Below, piece after piece: positions 13,488-27,953 of a stretch of 64,000 nucleotides of DNA. Source of the stretch: Octopus vulgaris (Eukaryota); contig OX597819.1 in the NCBI GenBank assembly GCA_951406725.2, positions 114,514,001 to 114,578,000 of the forward strand. Reading direction: 5' to 3'. The position numbers and the translations under genes are program-made. Below the pieces are notes generated by a model that was given only the letters and a program-made list of their open reading frames with translations, made no database searches and was not told the origin of the DNA. Position 1 is the first letter of the stretch; each line of letters opens with the position of its first letter.

Positions 13488-16400
13488 TGCATGTATGTAT
13501 GTATATATGTATATAGATGAAAGGTTTCTTTCAGTTTCCATCTACCAAATCAACTCAGCAGAGTTTGGTCAGCCAGGGTTTATGACCTTTGTCCAAGGGT
13601 CACACAGTGCAACTGAACTTTGAACCATGAGGTTAGGAAGCAAACTTCTTACCACACAGCCACTCCTGGACCTGACAGTCACATCCATGCCTAAAGTAAT
13701 GACATCTCACCAAGACATGAACTTGGATTGCTGGATTCAAAGTCCAGAATGTTAACCATTACACAAAAAAAGGTCCAGGATGGTCATGGTTGGAATGCCC
13801 ACTCACTCAGGTCTAACCTGGAACTAAACAATAACAAAAACCCTTACTGACCATATCACTTTTAAAATCTGACCAAGCAAATGAGGGAATCACTATGTGG
13901 TCATTCAACATTCTTGATCATAAATCAGTTGAGGCTGACTTGGGATTAAAAAAAAAAAGGACCTGTTACCGATCATATTTTATGCAACAGTAAACTATTA
14001 TCAATGTGTTTAAACCAAACCAACCAGGGAAACCCTACAATGTCATTCAACCTGCTGATAATAGCAACCAAAATTTCCTCAAACCACACCTTATTGTCTT
14101 AAAAAATAACAAAGCATGTGTTAAAAAACAAAAAAACATTAAAACCTAATTTGAGACATTCATGGCTAGAATACTTTTTATCATACATAATTCAGTCATG
14201 GTTGACAACCCAGAGTTAAATATCAACAATCCATTATTGACCTATTTCTTTTCACAGCAGACTACAACCAAAGTGTTTAACCCATTACTGACCATATTTC
14301 TTGCAACAGCAGACTGCCTATGTGTTTCAATCAATTTTCATAATCAATAAAGATTTTGGTGGAATTCAATAAAATATCCGTTTGCTTCCTGTTATAACAA
14401 ACTGATATTAGGAACACAAAATAGGCTTTTACATAAAACTGTAATGAACTTGCAGAGAGAAAGAGAAAGGGGGAAGAGAGAAACTTAACCTTTAACTGGA
14501 TGGCCAAATTAATAGAATTAGACAACCAAGTGAGACGTCACCTATTTGTGTCTTGTCACTGGTTGTCAAGACACTTAACTCTTACTAAGTGCTGCACATT
14601 GTCTAGTTCAACAGTGTAAGCAGTGGCAACAATATCAACTTAATTAATATGCATGCTGAGTTCAATTCCATTGCAGAAAAAAGCTATCTGCAATAACTTA
14701 AAATTCCTAGGCTTGGGAGGAATTTTTCTCAGCTGAGCACCACAAAAACCGGAGTTGAGTCTTGGCACAATGGGTTCTTGTGCCTGAGAAATTGTAAACA
14801 AAAATATGATCTGGAAAATGGGAATCTTGAACAGATTGATAAATAAAAAAAGTATGGAGAAGAGAATTAAACTGTAGCAAAACCGGTAGACAATATTAAA
14901 AAAAAAAAAAAAAAAAAACCCAGAAAGCTATAAAAAGAGTTGTAATGAATTTCATGTGAAATTTTGTAAATGAGTTTTGGAGTATTACTGACAGCTATGA
15001 ATTTAAAGTTAAGTACAATAATTTCTGATAATTCTCTTTTGTGAAATGTCTACCCAAGTCAGTTGAGTTTTTGATATTTCTGGGGAATCTTGTTTGTCAA
15101 GTATTAGTATTTATTTCTGTGTATTATTGATGAGAAGATAAAGCACAGCATAATTGTTTCACTGTCTACAGTTAGGGCTTTTTAAAATTCTTTTTATTGT
15201 TTTGCACATATTTTCAATTTTATCTGATTATTTTTTTCTTTATTTACTTTTGTTTAGTCTCAGTAAGTTCTCTCCCAGTTATCCAAGGTATCAAAAACAA
15301 CTGATCAACTGTTTTGCAGATGACTCACAAATCCAGCATGCCAGATATTCTAGTTATGCAATTATTTTAGAGTCTGGCTCAAACCACACTGTGTTTACTC
15401 TCATATATTGTTTTGTTATAGCAATGATATTAATTGTAGTGCCAAGTCATGATGACATTGAACTATTTCTGGTCAGATCTAGAGTTCCATTAGATATTTA
15501 GGGGCAACCTGTTAATTCAGTATACAATATCTACCCTTGTTCTAGTTTTTATTCAAAAATATACTAAACACATCTTTGTTTTGTGATAAGTTGTGTGTGG
15601 AGTTTAGTCAATCAGACCTATAATCAAGGCATTTCAGCTATGACCATCCAATCATATTCTCAGACATGATACCTATAACTACATCTTCAAATTTAAACTA
15701 CCTTCTTTTAAATATGTTAAGTCTGGTTTGAAGGAAATTTGGTTGTTATTTCAAGCAGATTGCATAACTACGTAGAGGCTGCCTCACTGTCTCAGAACTG
15801 ATGTAAAGGAAAAGAGGATAGAGGTCAACTCAACTTGGCCAGGTTTAATTCTAAGGGAGAGAGAATAAGGTTTTCCTCCTCCTATTTGTAAATGAATCCC
15901 TAACTGATGTTTTGCTATTGCCAACATTCCTAATCATCCTCGTCACCATTGAATTATGCACAACTGTCTGTATTAACATGGATGAGATCAACCATTCTGT
16001 ATTTCTTTCAAATCCAATATTAGGACATTCATGTTAAAGGAGGTAGGATTAAATTTTCTTGAAAGCTAAATCCCACTTTCTTTCTGGTTCTACTATAGAG
16101 TCATTTCAAATATTTAAGTTTTCACTCCTTCTTTAATCAACAGAAGTGATGAAAATGATTTCTTTCAATTATTCACAATTTTCTAATTCTACAGGAGACG
16201 GAATTTTATTGGAATGTATTTTTATCAAATCACTCCCATCCAAAAGGAATTAAAAGGACAAAGTCAAAGGCAAGATTTGAATGCAGAATAGTGAATAGAA
16301 CTCAAATTAAATACTGTAAAGTTTCTGCAAACTGATTCTCGCAAATATCTGCACCATTTCAACTAATAACATTAACAATCTTAATCTCATTCCTCCCAAT

Positions 16401-16755
16401 CCACTGTGAATTCTAACTTCACCTGTTTTCTCCCACTGACACGGCCAGGGGTGGGGTGGGGGTTAATGAAAATATTCATTAACTTTGATGGGATAAGCCT
16501 CTATACAGATGCTTTCACCCTCTCTTTTCCTACCATGACAGTGATGATGATGATGATGATGATGATGATGACTTTTGTCCTTGTTGCAAAGCTATATTTC
16601 TCAATATAGCTTTCTCTTAATCAATGTATAGCATACTGCACCAATATTTTTTTAAAATATGGTTGCAATTGCAAAAGTCCAGGAAGCTTGCTGCAGACGT
16701 TTGGCTGCTTTTTTGAGCAGCTTAAGTGACTGTGCAGAAACTTTATCACTAGCAA

Positions 16756-16940
16756 GTGAGTGATGATGATGGAGTGAAGACGATGATGGTAGTAGTAATG
16801 ATGATGATGATGGTGATGATGGTAGGGATGATGATAGTGATTATGATGATAGTAATAAAGGCAGTAATGATGGTACTGGTAATGATGGTATGGATGATGG
16901 TGATGGTCATGATGATGGTGGTAGTGGTGATGATGATATT
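16756..16940. repeat. Degenerate (GAT/GGT)n tract; similar at ~50355-50700
   Basis: Visible trinucleotide repeat. Confidence 0.9.
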
Positions 16941-17127
16941 AATCATGTCTTGAAAGTGTCAGATTTAGTGATGAGGATTTTAAGGTAATTTCATCCAATA
17001 TTATCTCATGCTGGTTTTAGCATAATATTTTCTCTTATGCTTGAATAACTTAGTTTTTAAATGCTGCACTATTTGCACTTTAAGCCTCCTGGTGTGTAAA
17101 TAGAAACACCTGTGTGTATGCATATGT

Positions 17128-17172
<45 letters not shown>

Positions 17173-17348
17173 CATACATCAGGAAATGTGAAAAAGCATG
17201 AAACTTAAGTGTGTGAATGCATGTGTGCATGTGAGTGTGTATGTGTGTGTAAGAATGAGATTTAGGATTGAATATTTGTGAGTGTATTGAAAAAGATTTG
17301 TACATCTATGAAAGGGAGGGATTTAGGTCTGATAATATGTGGGTGTGT

Positions 17349-17392
<44 letters not shown>

Positions 17393-19604
17393 TGCATTTG
17401 CATAGTAATATCTGAAAATGTATGGGAGCATGTGTATGTGCATGACATTAGATCATGGAATAATCCATATAAAATATAAATCATGAAATAAAATCTTCTT
17501 AAAATTAATAACCATCTTAATTTAGATAATTTATAATCATTTTTAATTATTAATGACCCAGTTTCTATTCCTGGTTAAAATCGTTTCACTTTGTTTACAT
17601 CAGTAATGTCCTTGAGAAAGGCATTAACACCACACAATCTCATTCTCCTTCCTTTATAAACGTCTGAGTGACTCATTATTCCCAAGTAACAATAATAATT
17701 ATTATTTCTCACATAAGCACAAGGCTATAAATTTGGAGGATGAGAATAGTTAATTATCCTAGGCAGCTTAGACTGCATCAAAGAGAAAGGCCATTCAATT
17801 AGCATGAAGTTTCTCAACCACACCCGAACTTGCTGCACCTTCTGCTTGGACAAACAGCAATTTATCCAACTTGTCAGTTCAGTCACAACAGCATTTCTTC
17901 AAGGACAAAATATCTTGGACTATTAAGGTACATCACTTTCCATTCTGAGTTCAAATCAAGTTAGGACTGACTAGGGGTTGGATAAAATGTTATGAGCTAA
18001 TTGACTAATGCCTCTCACCTGCAAATTCTTTAATAAATCATTATTTTTACTGTTATAGGTAGAGATGTGAAGTAGTAAAAATGTAGTGGCAGATTAATTG
18101 CCTTCTCTTCTAAATGTGAGAAGTCTTTTAACTCCTCAACAAGAAACCACCTCTGCTCCTTCTCTTATACTTTAAACCCTCATCTAACATAAAGCCATCA
18201 TGTCCCACCCACACCAGGTTCATAGCTTTGTGAGCTGGTGGCATGAAAAAAGTACCCAGTATATGCTGTAAAGAGGTTGATGTTAAGAAGAGCATCTAGC
18301 TTTAGAAACCATGTCAAAACAGATACTAGAGCTTGATGCAGTCCTTGGACCCATCAGTTCCTGTCTAATTATCCAACCCTTGCCAACATGCAATTTGAAG
18401 GTCAAATGATGACAAAGAGGATGATGATAATGATGTTTACATTTTGAGTTCAAATCCCATTCTAGTTCACTTCATTTTTAATCAACTTGGAGGTGGGAGG
18501 TTCACAGGATAAGTGTCAGTTGAGCATTAGAATTCAGGTCAAAGGGCAATGGATGACCAGAATCATTTGTCAGACAAAATACACAATAGCAATTCTTCCA
18601 ACTCTTTATGTTCATAGTTCAAATCTTGCTGAGGTCAACTTAGATTTCCTTTCTTTCAAGGTCAATAAAATAAAGTACTAGTCGAGTACGAGGGTCGATA
18701 TAATTGACTAACACGCTCCCCTCAAAATTGTTCGCCTTGTGCCTAAATCAGAGACCATTATCAGTAGTAGTAGTGCTGGTGGTGGTCGTTGTCATTCTGT
18801 ATTCAGTTTTGCTGTTACATTTTGGGTAAGGCATTAAATTAAATACCAATGATATGTTGAGTTAGGTTAACTGTGACTTTCCTAGCTGAATTATGAACCT
18901 ATGCCATTATAATCAATTATTATTTTTGACACATCAGCTGTTACTATATTGTTGATAAAAAAATAGATATCTAACATAAATATATACACATAAAAAATTA
19001 TATGCTCGTACACATACACAACAAAAAAAACACTATGTACACAAATAAACAAACATTTTATATACACAGTCACACACAATGTACACACAAACACACATTC
19101 TATGTACACAAGATTACAAGGAATTATGGTAGTAGCTCTCTTTGTATGAAAGGAACCTAGGTTTGAAAGTGTCAAGTGCTCTATTTTGGCAGACATCTAG
19201 AAAACAACATAAGTTCTTTAAGCATCAAATAAATAATTCAAAACACACAGTGTAAAGGATAGATAAGAATTCAGGTGGACTTTGGTACCATGTTTAAACA
19301 GAAATTTAATGGGAGAAATCATAGATTCAGTAGACATCATATACCTCCTTCTAGAAGATATCTGAAGGAGAGAAGTGAACTGGTTCATTAGGATCCCCCG
19401 CACTGGTAAATCATTCTGTAGATATTTGGAAGAAAAATTTAGGGTCAGTAGATATCATACATATCATTCTCAGGTGTCAAGGTGACAAAAAGGAAGAGAA
19501 ATATAGCTTTTAGCAGGAGTCAGTTACCTCATTCTTGCAAGCATATGTTCAACAAAGACCAGTTATCTATGTGTATGAGTGTGAGAATGTGTGTATGTGC
19601 ATAT

Positions 19605-20021
19605 ACTCTTTTACTTGTTTCAGTCATTTGACTGTGGCCATGCTGGAGCACTGCCTTTAGTCGAGCAAATCGACCCCAGGACTTATTCTTTGTAAGCCTA
19701 GTACTTATTTTATCAGTCTCTTTTTGCCAAACCGCTAAGTTACAGGGATATAAACACACCAGCATAGGTTGTCAAGCAATGTTGGGGAGACAAAGACAGA
19801 CACACAAACACACACATATATATATGTATATATATATATATATATATGTACAACATACGACGGGCTTCTTTCAGTTTCCGTCTACCAAATCCACTCACAA
19901 GGCTTTGGTTGGCCTGAGGCTATAGTAGAAGACACTTGCCCAAGATGCCACGCAGTGGGACTGAACCCAGAACCATGTGATCGGAAAGCAAGCTACTTAT
20001 CACACAACCACACCTGCGCCT
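19605..20021 (-). mobile_element. Same SINE family, full length; partial copies at ~4584-4850, 9800-10008, 11955-12150, 13515-13670, 27460-27620, 43262-43447
   Basis: Direct sequence similarity to 61710-62164. Confidence 0.85.
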
Positions 20022-21068
20022 ATATATATATATATATATATATATAACCATACACACACAGACAGATTTTATAATTCAGATTTCCTATAGTGCTATAGCA
20101 GGACAAATAACTGGTTGCTAGAACACAACATACTTATAATCATTGATACCCATAAGCTACAATCTTAAGGAGGTGTGATCTCACTGTTATTCTCTCATTT
20201 AGGCTCTCATGTGAACAGCAACACATATACAAAGTGAATTGATAAATGACAAAAGAATAAGAATTGAGTAATACACATTAGCTGAAAGCTAATGAATAGA
20301 GTTACATAATCTATTTTCTACTGTAATGTGATCATATATATATTTGTGTGTGTGTGAAGGGATTTCCTGTTGAAGACGATGTATGAGTGTTCATATTTTG
20401 CTCAACGATCTGCACAGATGATTTGTTTATAGTAACTAAATGTATGTGCTGTACATTAATTAGCTCACACCTTCCCTCAAATCAACATTGCCTGTACAGG
20501 TGCACAAGTATTTTACACATCAGACGTCAAAATGATTGCAGAGTAAGGTGAAATGAGGGGTTTTACTCAAGAGCATAATGCACCACCCAGTCTGGAAATA
20601 GAACTTCTAAATCCAGCAGCTGTGAGTGCAACACCCTAACCACGAGACCATGTAACTTCACACACACACACATTTATACAATACAGTATTATAAATCCAT
20701 TTCTACCATTTTAACCAATCAGTTTCACATACAAGAGTTAGAGGAAAAAACCCAATCCCTGCTCATGTCAGAAGGGTTAGCAGGAAGAATATGCTGTCAC
20801 CATATTCTCCCTACACATGAAGAGTTAGGGGTTTTTCCCCAAATTGTCATGCACAAAAATAATTGGTAAAGTTAGCTAAAATGAATTTCCAATACTGCAT
20901 TATAAAAATATTGATATACCTTCTTTATTGACAAGTTTATAAATACCTGGTTTTTCCTGTCTTATGAATCCTTAGAAGACTATATCTATCTATCTAATTA
21001 ATATATATATATATATTCTTTCTTAATTGTTTCCATCATTTGACTGTGGCCATGCTGGAGAACCGCCT

Positions 21069-21099
<31 letters not shown>

Positions 21100-22353
21100 C
21101 AAATACATGCATGCTAAGTGGTTAAAAAGTTTGCATTGCAATAATGGAATCTCAAATTTGATTCCACTGCATGGCAACTTGGACAATGTTTTTCAACAAA
21201 GCCTCAGGGTACCTCAAACCTGTAAGTAAAACTGGTTAGAGAGATGTGTGGAAGCCAGTCAGATGAACTGAACATGTGATTCAAAAAGCCAACCTTGTCA
21301 AACTAATTCTGCTTGGGGATGACAAATGTCTGGTGGAATACTGAGCAACTTAAATGCTCATTCAATGAATGGAATGTTCAGTTGACCAGACAACTGCAAA
21401 TGTTCATTGTCAAAACCCTGGCAGGATCAATTTACCTTTTAATCTATGTGCAGAGGAGAAGAGTGTTGTTGTTTAGTTTAAAGACCATTTTTTAAATATT
21501 TTTGTTTTTATATTTAAGATTACATTGACCAATGTATTTTTCATGTAAAACAATATAGCATGAATTGATAAAGATTTGACTGGTATTTTCGAGCAGTCTG
21601 AATGGCCATGGAGAACCTGGAATGATGAGATAGTGTAACTAATGTTATAACCACACAATCATGCCTGCACCAATGAAAGCAGTAAGACAACAAGCACAAA
21701 CTGTCACTATCAGAATAAAAAAAAACAACATTCCCTCTACCCTGTATCTGATCCAAAATTGCTGATATCAAGCTGCTAAGGTATAAAACTTTCGAAGAAA
21801 GAAACTGCACATAGCCATGCAACCAGATGTTAGGTAAAAATATATTACAGTTGCTAGGTAGCTAAGTAACTAAACAGCTGGAACAATACCTATGTTTTTG
21901 AAGTTGCCATATAATCAACCAATCACATAATGGGTCAATGATGGAACCTCTTCATGGTTTCCTAACTTTCTAGAAACAGCAGCCAAATGTCTCTCAAATC
22001 ACACCCTTTGAAAGAAGATACTCTAATCCTTGCTCCTGTTAAAAAGACAGGATGGTCACAGCTGGAATGCCTTTAATCATAGGTCAACAAGTAAGGATTA
22101 TAAAGGCTAGTCAACAAAAACCGGCTAAATTAGAAATATGAAAAGATTTCTAAAATTTTGGAAACCCTCATTGCCTTCTTTAAGTACCAGTTGAATAGGG
22201 TAGACAGAGATGAATGGTAGGAAAGAATAAAATTACCATGGTTAATTGAGTTTACTCTATATGAGTGTAGATTGATGGTAAGAATTGAGAGAAGGCTTTA
22301 CTGTATAAAATAATCCATGGTTGTGCATGGGATACCCCATAAGACCCTGGCAA

Positions 22354-23412
22354 TTATTATTACCTCTGCCTTAGCAAAGGCAGAGATATCGTTTTCAGTC
22401 ATGTTTGTTTGTTTGTCTGTAGACAAGATATCTCAAGAACTGCTGGATAGATTCGGATGAAACTTTCAGGGATGTTTGGCCTTGTGACTGCATGAACTGA
22501 TAAAATTTTGGGATCAATCCAGTATTGGACAAGGATTCTGGATCATTTGCTATATTTACTTTACTTTACATGAAGTATTACGATCTTACGTTGACTTTTA
22601 AGTCTTTCTCTGATTATCTCCCTTGAAAGCATGCTCATGGTTTCCATGTAAGTCATGGTAGCATTGCTGTTTCCAAAGTTTTATTTTCATTTCTCTATTA
22701 TTAATTTTACTCACGTCTCTATCTTAGTAAAAACTGACGGATAAAGAAATCAAACTACATAAACTAACATCAGCAAAATTGTTCAGAAATTAAATAACAC
22801 TAACATATTCAGTAACAATAATGAATTTAATTTATCCTCGACAATTTTTAGTTTTACCAATTTTGAATATATTGCTCCTGTTTAAAACCTCTTACCCACT
22901 TGACAAATGCATTTCTAGCTCAGCTTTGAAGGAAGCTTTACTTCTTGGACTCACGTTTTTGTGTGCAACGATGTTGTTAAACCTCTGTTAACAACACCAT
23001 ATGCAAGTCCTTTCCATTTTCTTTCACGCATGGATAAATTTTTCACAATAGACCGTAATGGTTGTAAAAACACTATATCAGTGGACAGACTAAAAAAAGT
23101 CCTTCATAGAGAAGACTGTCCCTGTTCCCACTGCAGATGACATGCACGCATTACAAACATGGTGCACCCACCCACTTTCACATTTCATGACTACCATTGG
23201 GATCGATCTGGTACTAGAAAATGATTCTGGATTATTTTTCCTGTGTTTTTACTTAATTTTTGAGAGCGATTGGGTTCATTTTTAGTATTCACATTTGTGA
23301 GAGCAGCTGAGTTTATTTCAGATATTCTCATTTTAAAAATCATCTCTGACTAATCATTGAGAAGACGTTAGTGTTGCTTTGGTGGAGGTTTGCGCTTTCT
23401 GAATGCTCTTGT
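22354..23412 (+). mobile_element. Helentron-associated non-autonomous element (HINE/DINE-like)
   Basis: Starts ttattacctctgcc...ggcagag (subTIR + IR); gtttgtttgtttgtctgt microsatellite; ends ggtggaggtttgcgctttctgaatgctcttgtt (3' subTIR + hairpin, T-rich end). Confidence 0.7.
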
Positions 23413-23417
23413 TGTTG

Positions 23418-23452
<35 letters not shown>

Positions 23453-23880
23453 GTAGTGAGTTGGCAGAATCGTTAGCATGCTGGATGAAATGCTTCACGG
23501 TATTTCGTCCGTCATTATATTCTGAGTTCAAATTCTGCTGTGGTCGATTTTGCCTTTCATCCTTTCGGGGTTCATAAATTAAGTACCAGTGAAATACTGG
23601 GGTTGATGTCATCAACTAGTCCATTCCTCCAAATTTCAGGCTTTGAACCTTTAGTAGAAAGGATTATTATTATTATTATTATAGGTGGTGAGCTGGTAGA
23701 ATCATTAGCTCACCAAACAAAAAGCTAAGCAGTATTTCTTCCAGCTTTATGTCCCGAGTTCAAAATGGTTTTGAGGTCAACTTTACTTTTTGTTCTTTCA
23801 AGGATAAAATAAGTACCAGTTGTTATTGACTAGCCCTCAACCTTGAAATTTCAGGCCTTGTGCCTATTGTAAAAAGAATT
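23453..23880 (+). mobile_element. Two tandem copies of a second tRNA-derived SINE (MetaSINE-like); further copies at ~6047-6150(+), 6222-6420(-), 26550-26750(+), 33317-33520(+), 34790-35010(+), 36660-36800(-), 42045-42205(-)
   Basis: tggcagaatcg A box, gagttcaaatt B box, central gcctttcatcctttcggggt..ataaa..agtacc (Meta-domain-like), (ATT)n tail. Confidence 0.75.
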
Positions 23881-24068
23881 ATTATTAAGGGTGGTGGACT
23901 GGCAAGATTGTTAGGTCAATGGATAACATGTCTTGTGGTGTATCTTCCAGCACTCCATGTTCTGGGTTTAGATCCTGCTAACATGAAATAATATATAAAT
24001 AGTAGAATTACACATGTTAGATAAACATTCTATTTATTGGTTGTCTCTGAGGAGTTCTTGTAGAACTC

Positions 24069-24111
<43 letters not shown>

Positions 24112-25955
24112 TTGTCTTTCAAGTATTTAGAGATCCCACCTCTCTCTCAAAACATTCCATTTATCCTCATCATTTGGGGAGGGGGTTGTTCACATATTGT
24201 TGCTGGGTTGCTGCCAGTTAACTAGTCATTTTAGCAGTGGGCTCACATGTCCTTTATTGTGAAGTATATTTCAAGTTGTAGTATTAAATGCCAGAACCTT
24301 ACATATGATCTCCATATTAAAGACATTAAATAGGTTGCTTGTTCAAGGAAATTTGACTGTTACCTTGAATAATTTAAGTACTTCAAAAGTACACATGCAA
24401 TTGGTGAATAAATAATTAGGTAGGTAAGGTAGCTATGTAAATGAGAAACTTGCATTTTGCCTGATTCTGTTGACTCTATTCCCAAACGGTAAACAAAATT
24501 GTTTTTTGCTTTCTTTTTCTGTCCATTATTACTAGGTTTTAATGTATCTGATATACTTACAAGCAGAATCCAGAGAGAAAGAGAGAGAACTAAACTCACT
24601 CACTAGACTAGTAATTTGTCAAGCCTAAAAGATAAAAGGTAAGCTCTAGCATCACAAAGCTTGAACTTAAAGCACACAGAACTGAAATGAGTACCATAAA
24701 CCATTCTATCTAACACCCTATTCTACAAATTTGCTGCTTTAGCTAAAGGATAAGAAGAATAGAACATTCTAATCAAAGATTTAGTAGTCTAAGAACACTT
24801 CCTAGGTGTTACTTGTGGCAGATAAATACACCAGTTATAAAAAAAGGAAAAAAAATCCAGTAACTTACATATAAATATAGATAAAAAATTCAATATATAA
24901 AGATATTTTGTGAATTTTTTTTCCTAGAAGGTAAATCACAAACAGACTGATATTATCTATATTTCAAGAAAATTCTGTTATCAATTATTTTCCTGAGTTC
25001 AGTTATTGATTTCTTAAGAAACTTTTCTGGCTTTTAATCTCCTCTAACTTTTTTTTTTTTTTGCTACACTATATTTCAGTTGATTCTATCTCTGATCAAC
25101 TTCAGATGTCTTATGTTTACAAATTAATACATCTCTAGGCTGAGTTTCAACTCCAAATTTTTATTTCTAATCATATGGTTTTGGCTGCGGACAACCTGAC
25201 CATGAACATCTAGATATCTAAAGAGGTATCTGAAGACAATTAAAAGGCAACCCAATCACAATGCAGTGTAGCAGGAAAATAGTATTCTTCAGACGTGTAG
25301 CTTGACATAGTACGTCAAAGCCGGACTTTTGAGATTAATGTTCTTGTAAACATGAAATGGCCAGTGGATTAACAGTTCTTGGGTCTGGATTTCTCATCAG
25401 CTGCAATACTTATTAATTGTTTGAAAATAAAGTTGACTGATATTTTTACACTAAGAAGACAATAATTTCTATCATATACAAAAATAACAATGTTACTTAA
25501 AACAGTGCATCCTTCAAAACTTCCATGCTTCCTGAGATTTGCCAACACTACACCTGATTTTCTCCCTTCCATACACATGCAAGCATGTATCTGACTCATA
25601 CACTGTTCACTTCCCAGACATTTGTAAATTGTTGCATATGCTTTATATGCACTTTTGACAAGTTGTGGTGCACCTGAGCACTGTATACAATAATTTCATT
25701 ATTATTTATATTCAGTGCAGCAAAAATATGAAAGTCAATAGACGATAAAATGAGTAGATATACTTGAAAAGCTTAGCTCCTTCTCCTCTCTAGTAGATTG
25801 TTAAGCGAATATATTGTCCCTTAAAACAATGACTGAGTTGGTCTATCTCTTAGCAAGACAACAGTGTATCTCAGATCCTGACCAGATAGATCTTCTGGGA
25901 TATAACCTGTGGTACACAAGTATGGTATTTAGGAAGACATTATTTCTGCTCTTTC

Positions 25956-26761
25956 TAATACCACTGAATCTGGTACCCTAGGACTTGTCTAAACAGGACA
26001 CTTTATTTTCATGGATCATATCAATACTTTTCTTAATTTTAAAAATATTTCTTTACATTTAGAGTTCAGATCCTGCTGAGCATGACTTCACTTTTCATAT
26101 TTCCAGGGTTGCTGCTTTTAGCAGAAGTCAGTCTTCAAAAACAGATCTTCCAGTCATGACCATTTCCCCATTTTTCAGACAATGATCTAGGACAACATTA
26201 TTTAATGTATCTTCCCAAAGATCAGAGTTAATTTAATCTTCTGTACTATCCCCAAAATGTTTAGCTTTATGCCAATGTAAAAACATTTTTTCATTTTATT
26301 TATTTAGATTGAAAAAAAATTATTTATCAATTAATTCAGAATGCAGTTGCAGTTAGTAAACCGAATCATTGACCTCATTTAAAGTAAAGTCAAGACCATT
26401 TACACATTATTGGTGTTGCATAAAATAAGGTGAAAACAAACTGAATAAATGAATAGTGATTCTAAATTGATGTATTAGGTGAAATATACAAAGCACGTTG
26501 ATTTAAGCAAATCATTTACTTTTTTATTTACAAATGTAATCATAAAAGCAGCAAGCAGGCAGAATTGTTACCATGCCAGGCAAAATGGTTAGTGGCATTT
26601 CTTTTGGTTCGTTTCATTGAGTTTGAATGCCACTGAGATAAACTTTGCATTTCATCTTTTTGATTGATAAAATAAGTACTAGCTGAGCACTGAGGTCAAG
26701 GTAATCCATTTCCCTCTTCTTCCAAATTGCTAACTTTGCACCAAAATTAGAAATTTATAGC

Positions 26762-26799
<38 letters not shown>

Positions 26800-27343
26800 C
26801 TCCTTAATTCTTTCGTTCCTCTTTTTCTCTCTCTTCTCTTCTCACGTGACCGAGTGGCCAGACTGCTAGTCCTTTTTACATCTGACAGCAGTCACTGCTA
26901 CATCGATATTCTTCCCTGTGTTCGTGAAAGTTTTGTATCTCTGCCGTAAGGCTTCATTTCTACACACGCCAGCTGAATTCAATTCGTCCCCAGTTGAAAG
27001 ACGCCTGTTGTTATGTCCTGTTATTATTATTATTATTTTTATTGTATTTTTGTATTTATATTTGTGTAACATGGTCTGTTTTTCTGTCCTTGTTTTCGTA
27101 TACATTTGATGCTTTTTTCCAAGGAATTTAATGCTCTTAGCTTAGTTTTTCCTTGGGGCTGGCCAGATTGGAACAAACTCAAGATTAATCAGCCGAAATT
27201 GCGAGGATGATCCGGTTCTTGACTGAGGATAAAAGGCTTCGAATGACCCATCCTTATTTTTTTGTATCGTCTATCTGGATGTTTTGTTGTTCCTTTTTGT
27301 ATCACCTAGTTGTCCGGATGTTTTGCATTCTTGTCCCATTTTG

Positions 27344-27389
<46 letters not shown>

Positions 27390-27636
27390 TGGTGGATGAA
27401 ATTCTTCAAAAGTGCATATGAGCAGAGTGATGTTTTAGATGAACAAAATATATACTTTATGGTGCAGGCATGGGTGTGTAGTTGAGAAATTCAGTCATGT
27501 AGTTCTTCTGGATTCAGTCCTACTGTGCAACACCTTAGGTGTCTTCTACTATAGACCTGGACAAACCAAAGCCTAATCATGAGTGGATTTGGTAGTTGGA
27601 AAAGGAAAGAGGACTGGCATGTGTGTGTATGTGTAT

Positions 27637-27673
<37 letters not shown>

Positions 27674-27953
27674 GTAGTATCAATATAGCAAGTATAAGAA
27701 ATCATAGACAATATGTTTAATAAAGGGAGAGAGGTAGATAGAGAGAGAGAGAGCATAAGATAGAAAGTAGGGATGAAGGCAAAGGAATTAAGTGAAAAAC
27801 TGTACTTCGTTAATACCACTGAATCTGGTACCCTAGGACTTGTCTAAACAAGACACTTTATTTTCATGGATCATATCAATACTATTCTTAATTTAAAAAA
27901 TATTTCTTTACATTTAGAGTTCAGATCCTGCTGAGCATGACTTCACCTTTCAT
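25956..27953 (+). repeat. 143-bp dispersed direct duplication (25956-26098 and 27811-27953)
   Basis: Near-identical sequence starting taataccactgaatctgg, with few mismatches. Confidence 0.9.
26796..27348. mobile_element. Unclassified young insertion between two (TA)n tracts (pLTR-like)
   Basis: Sharp TA boundaries, retains CpGs inside a CpG-poor intron, T-rich like the other TA-embedded elements; no clean ribozyme core. Confidence 0.4.
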
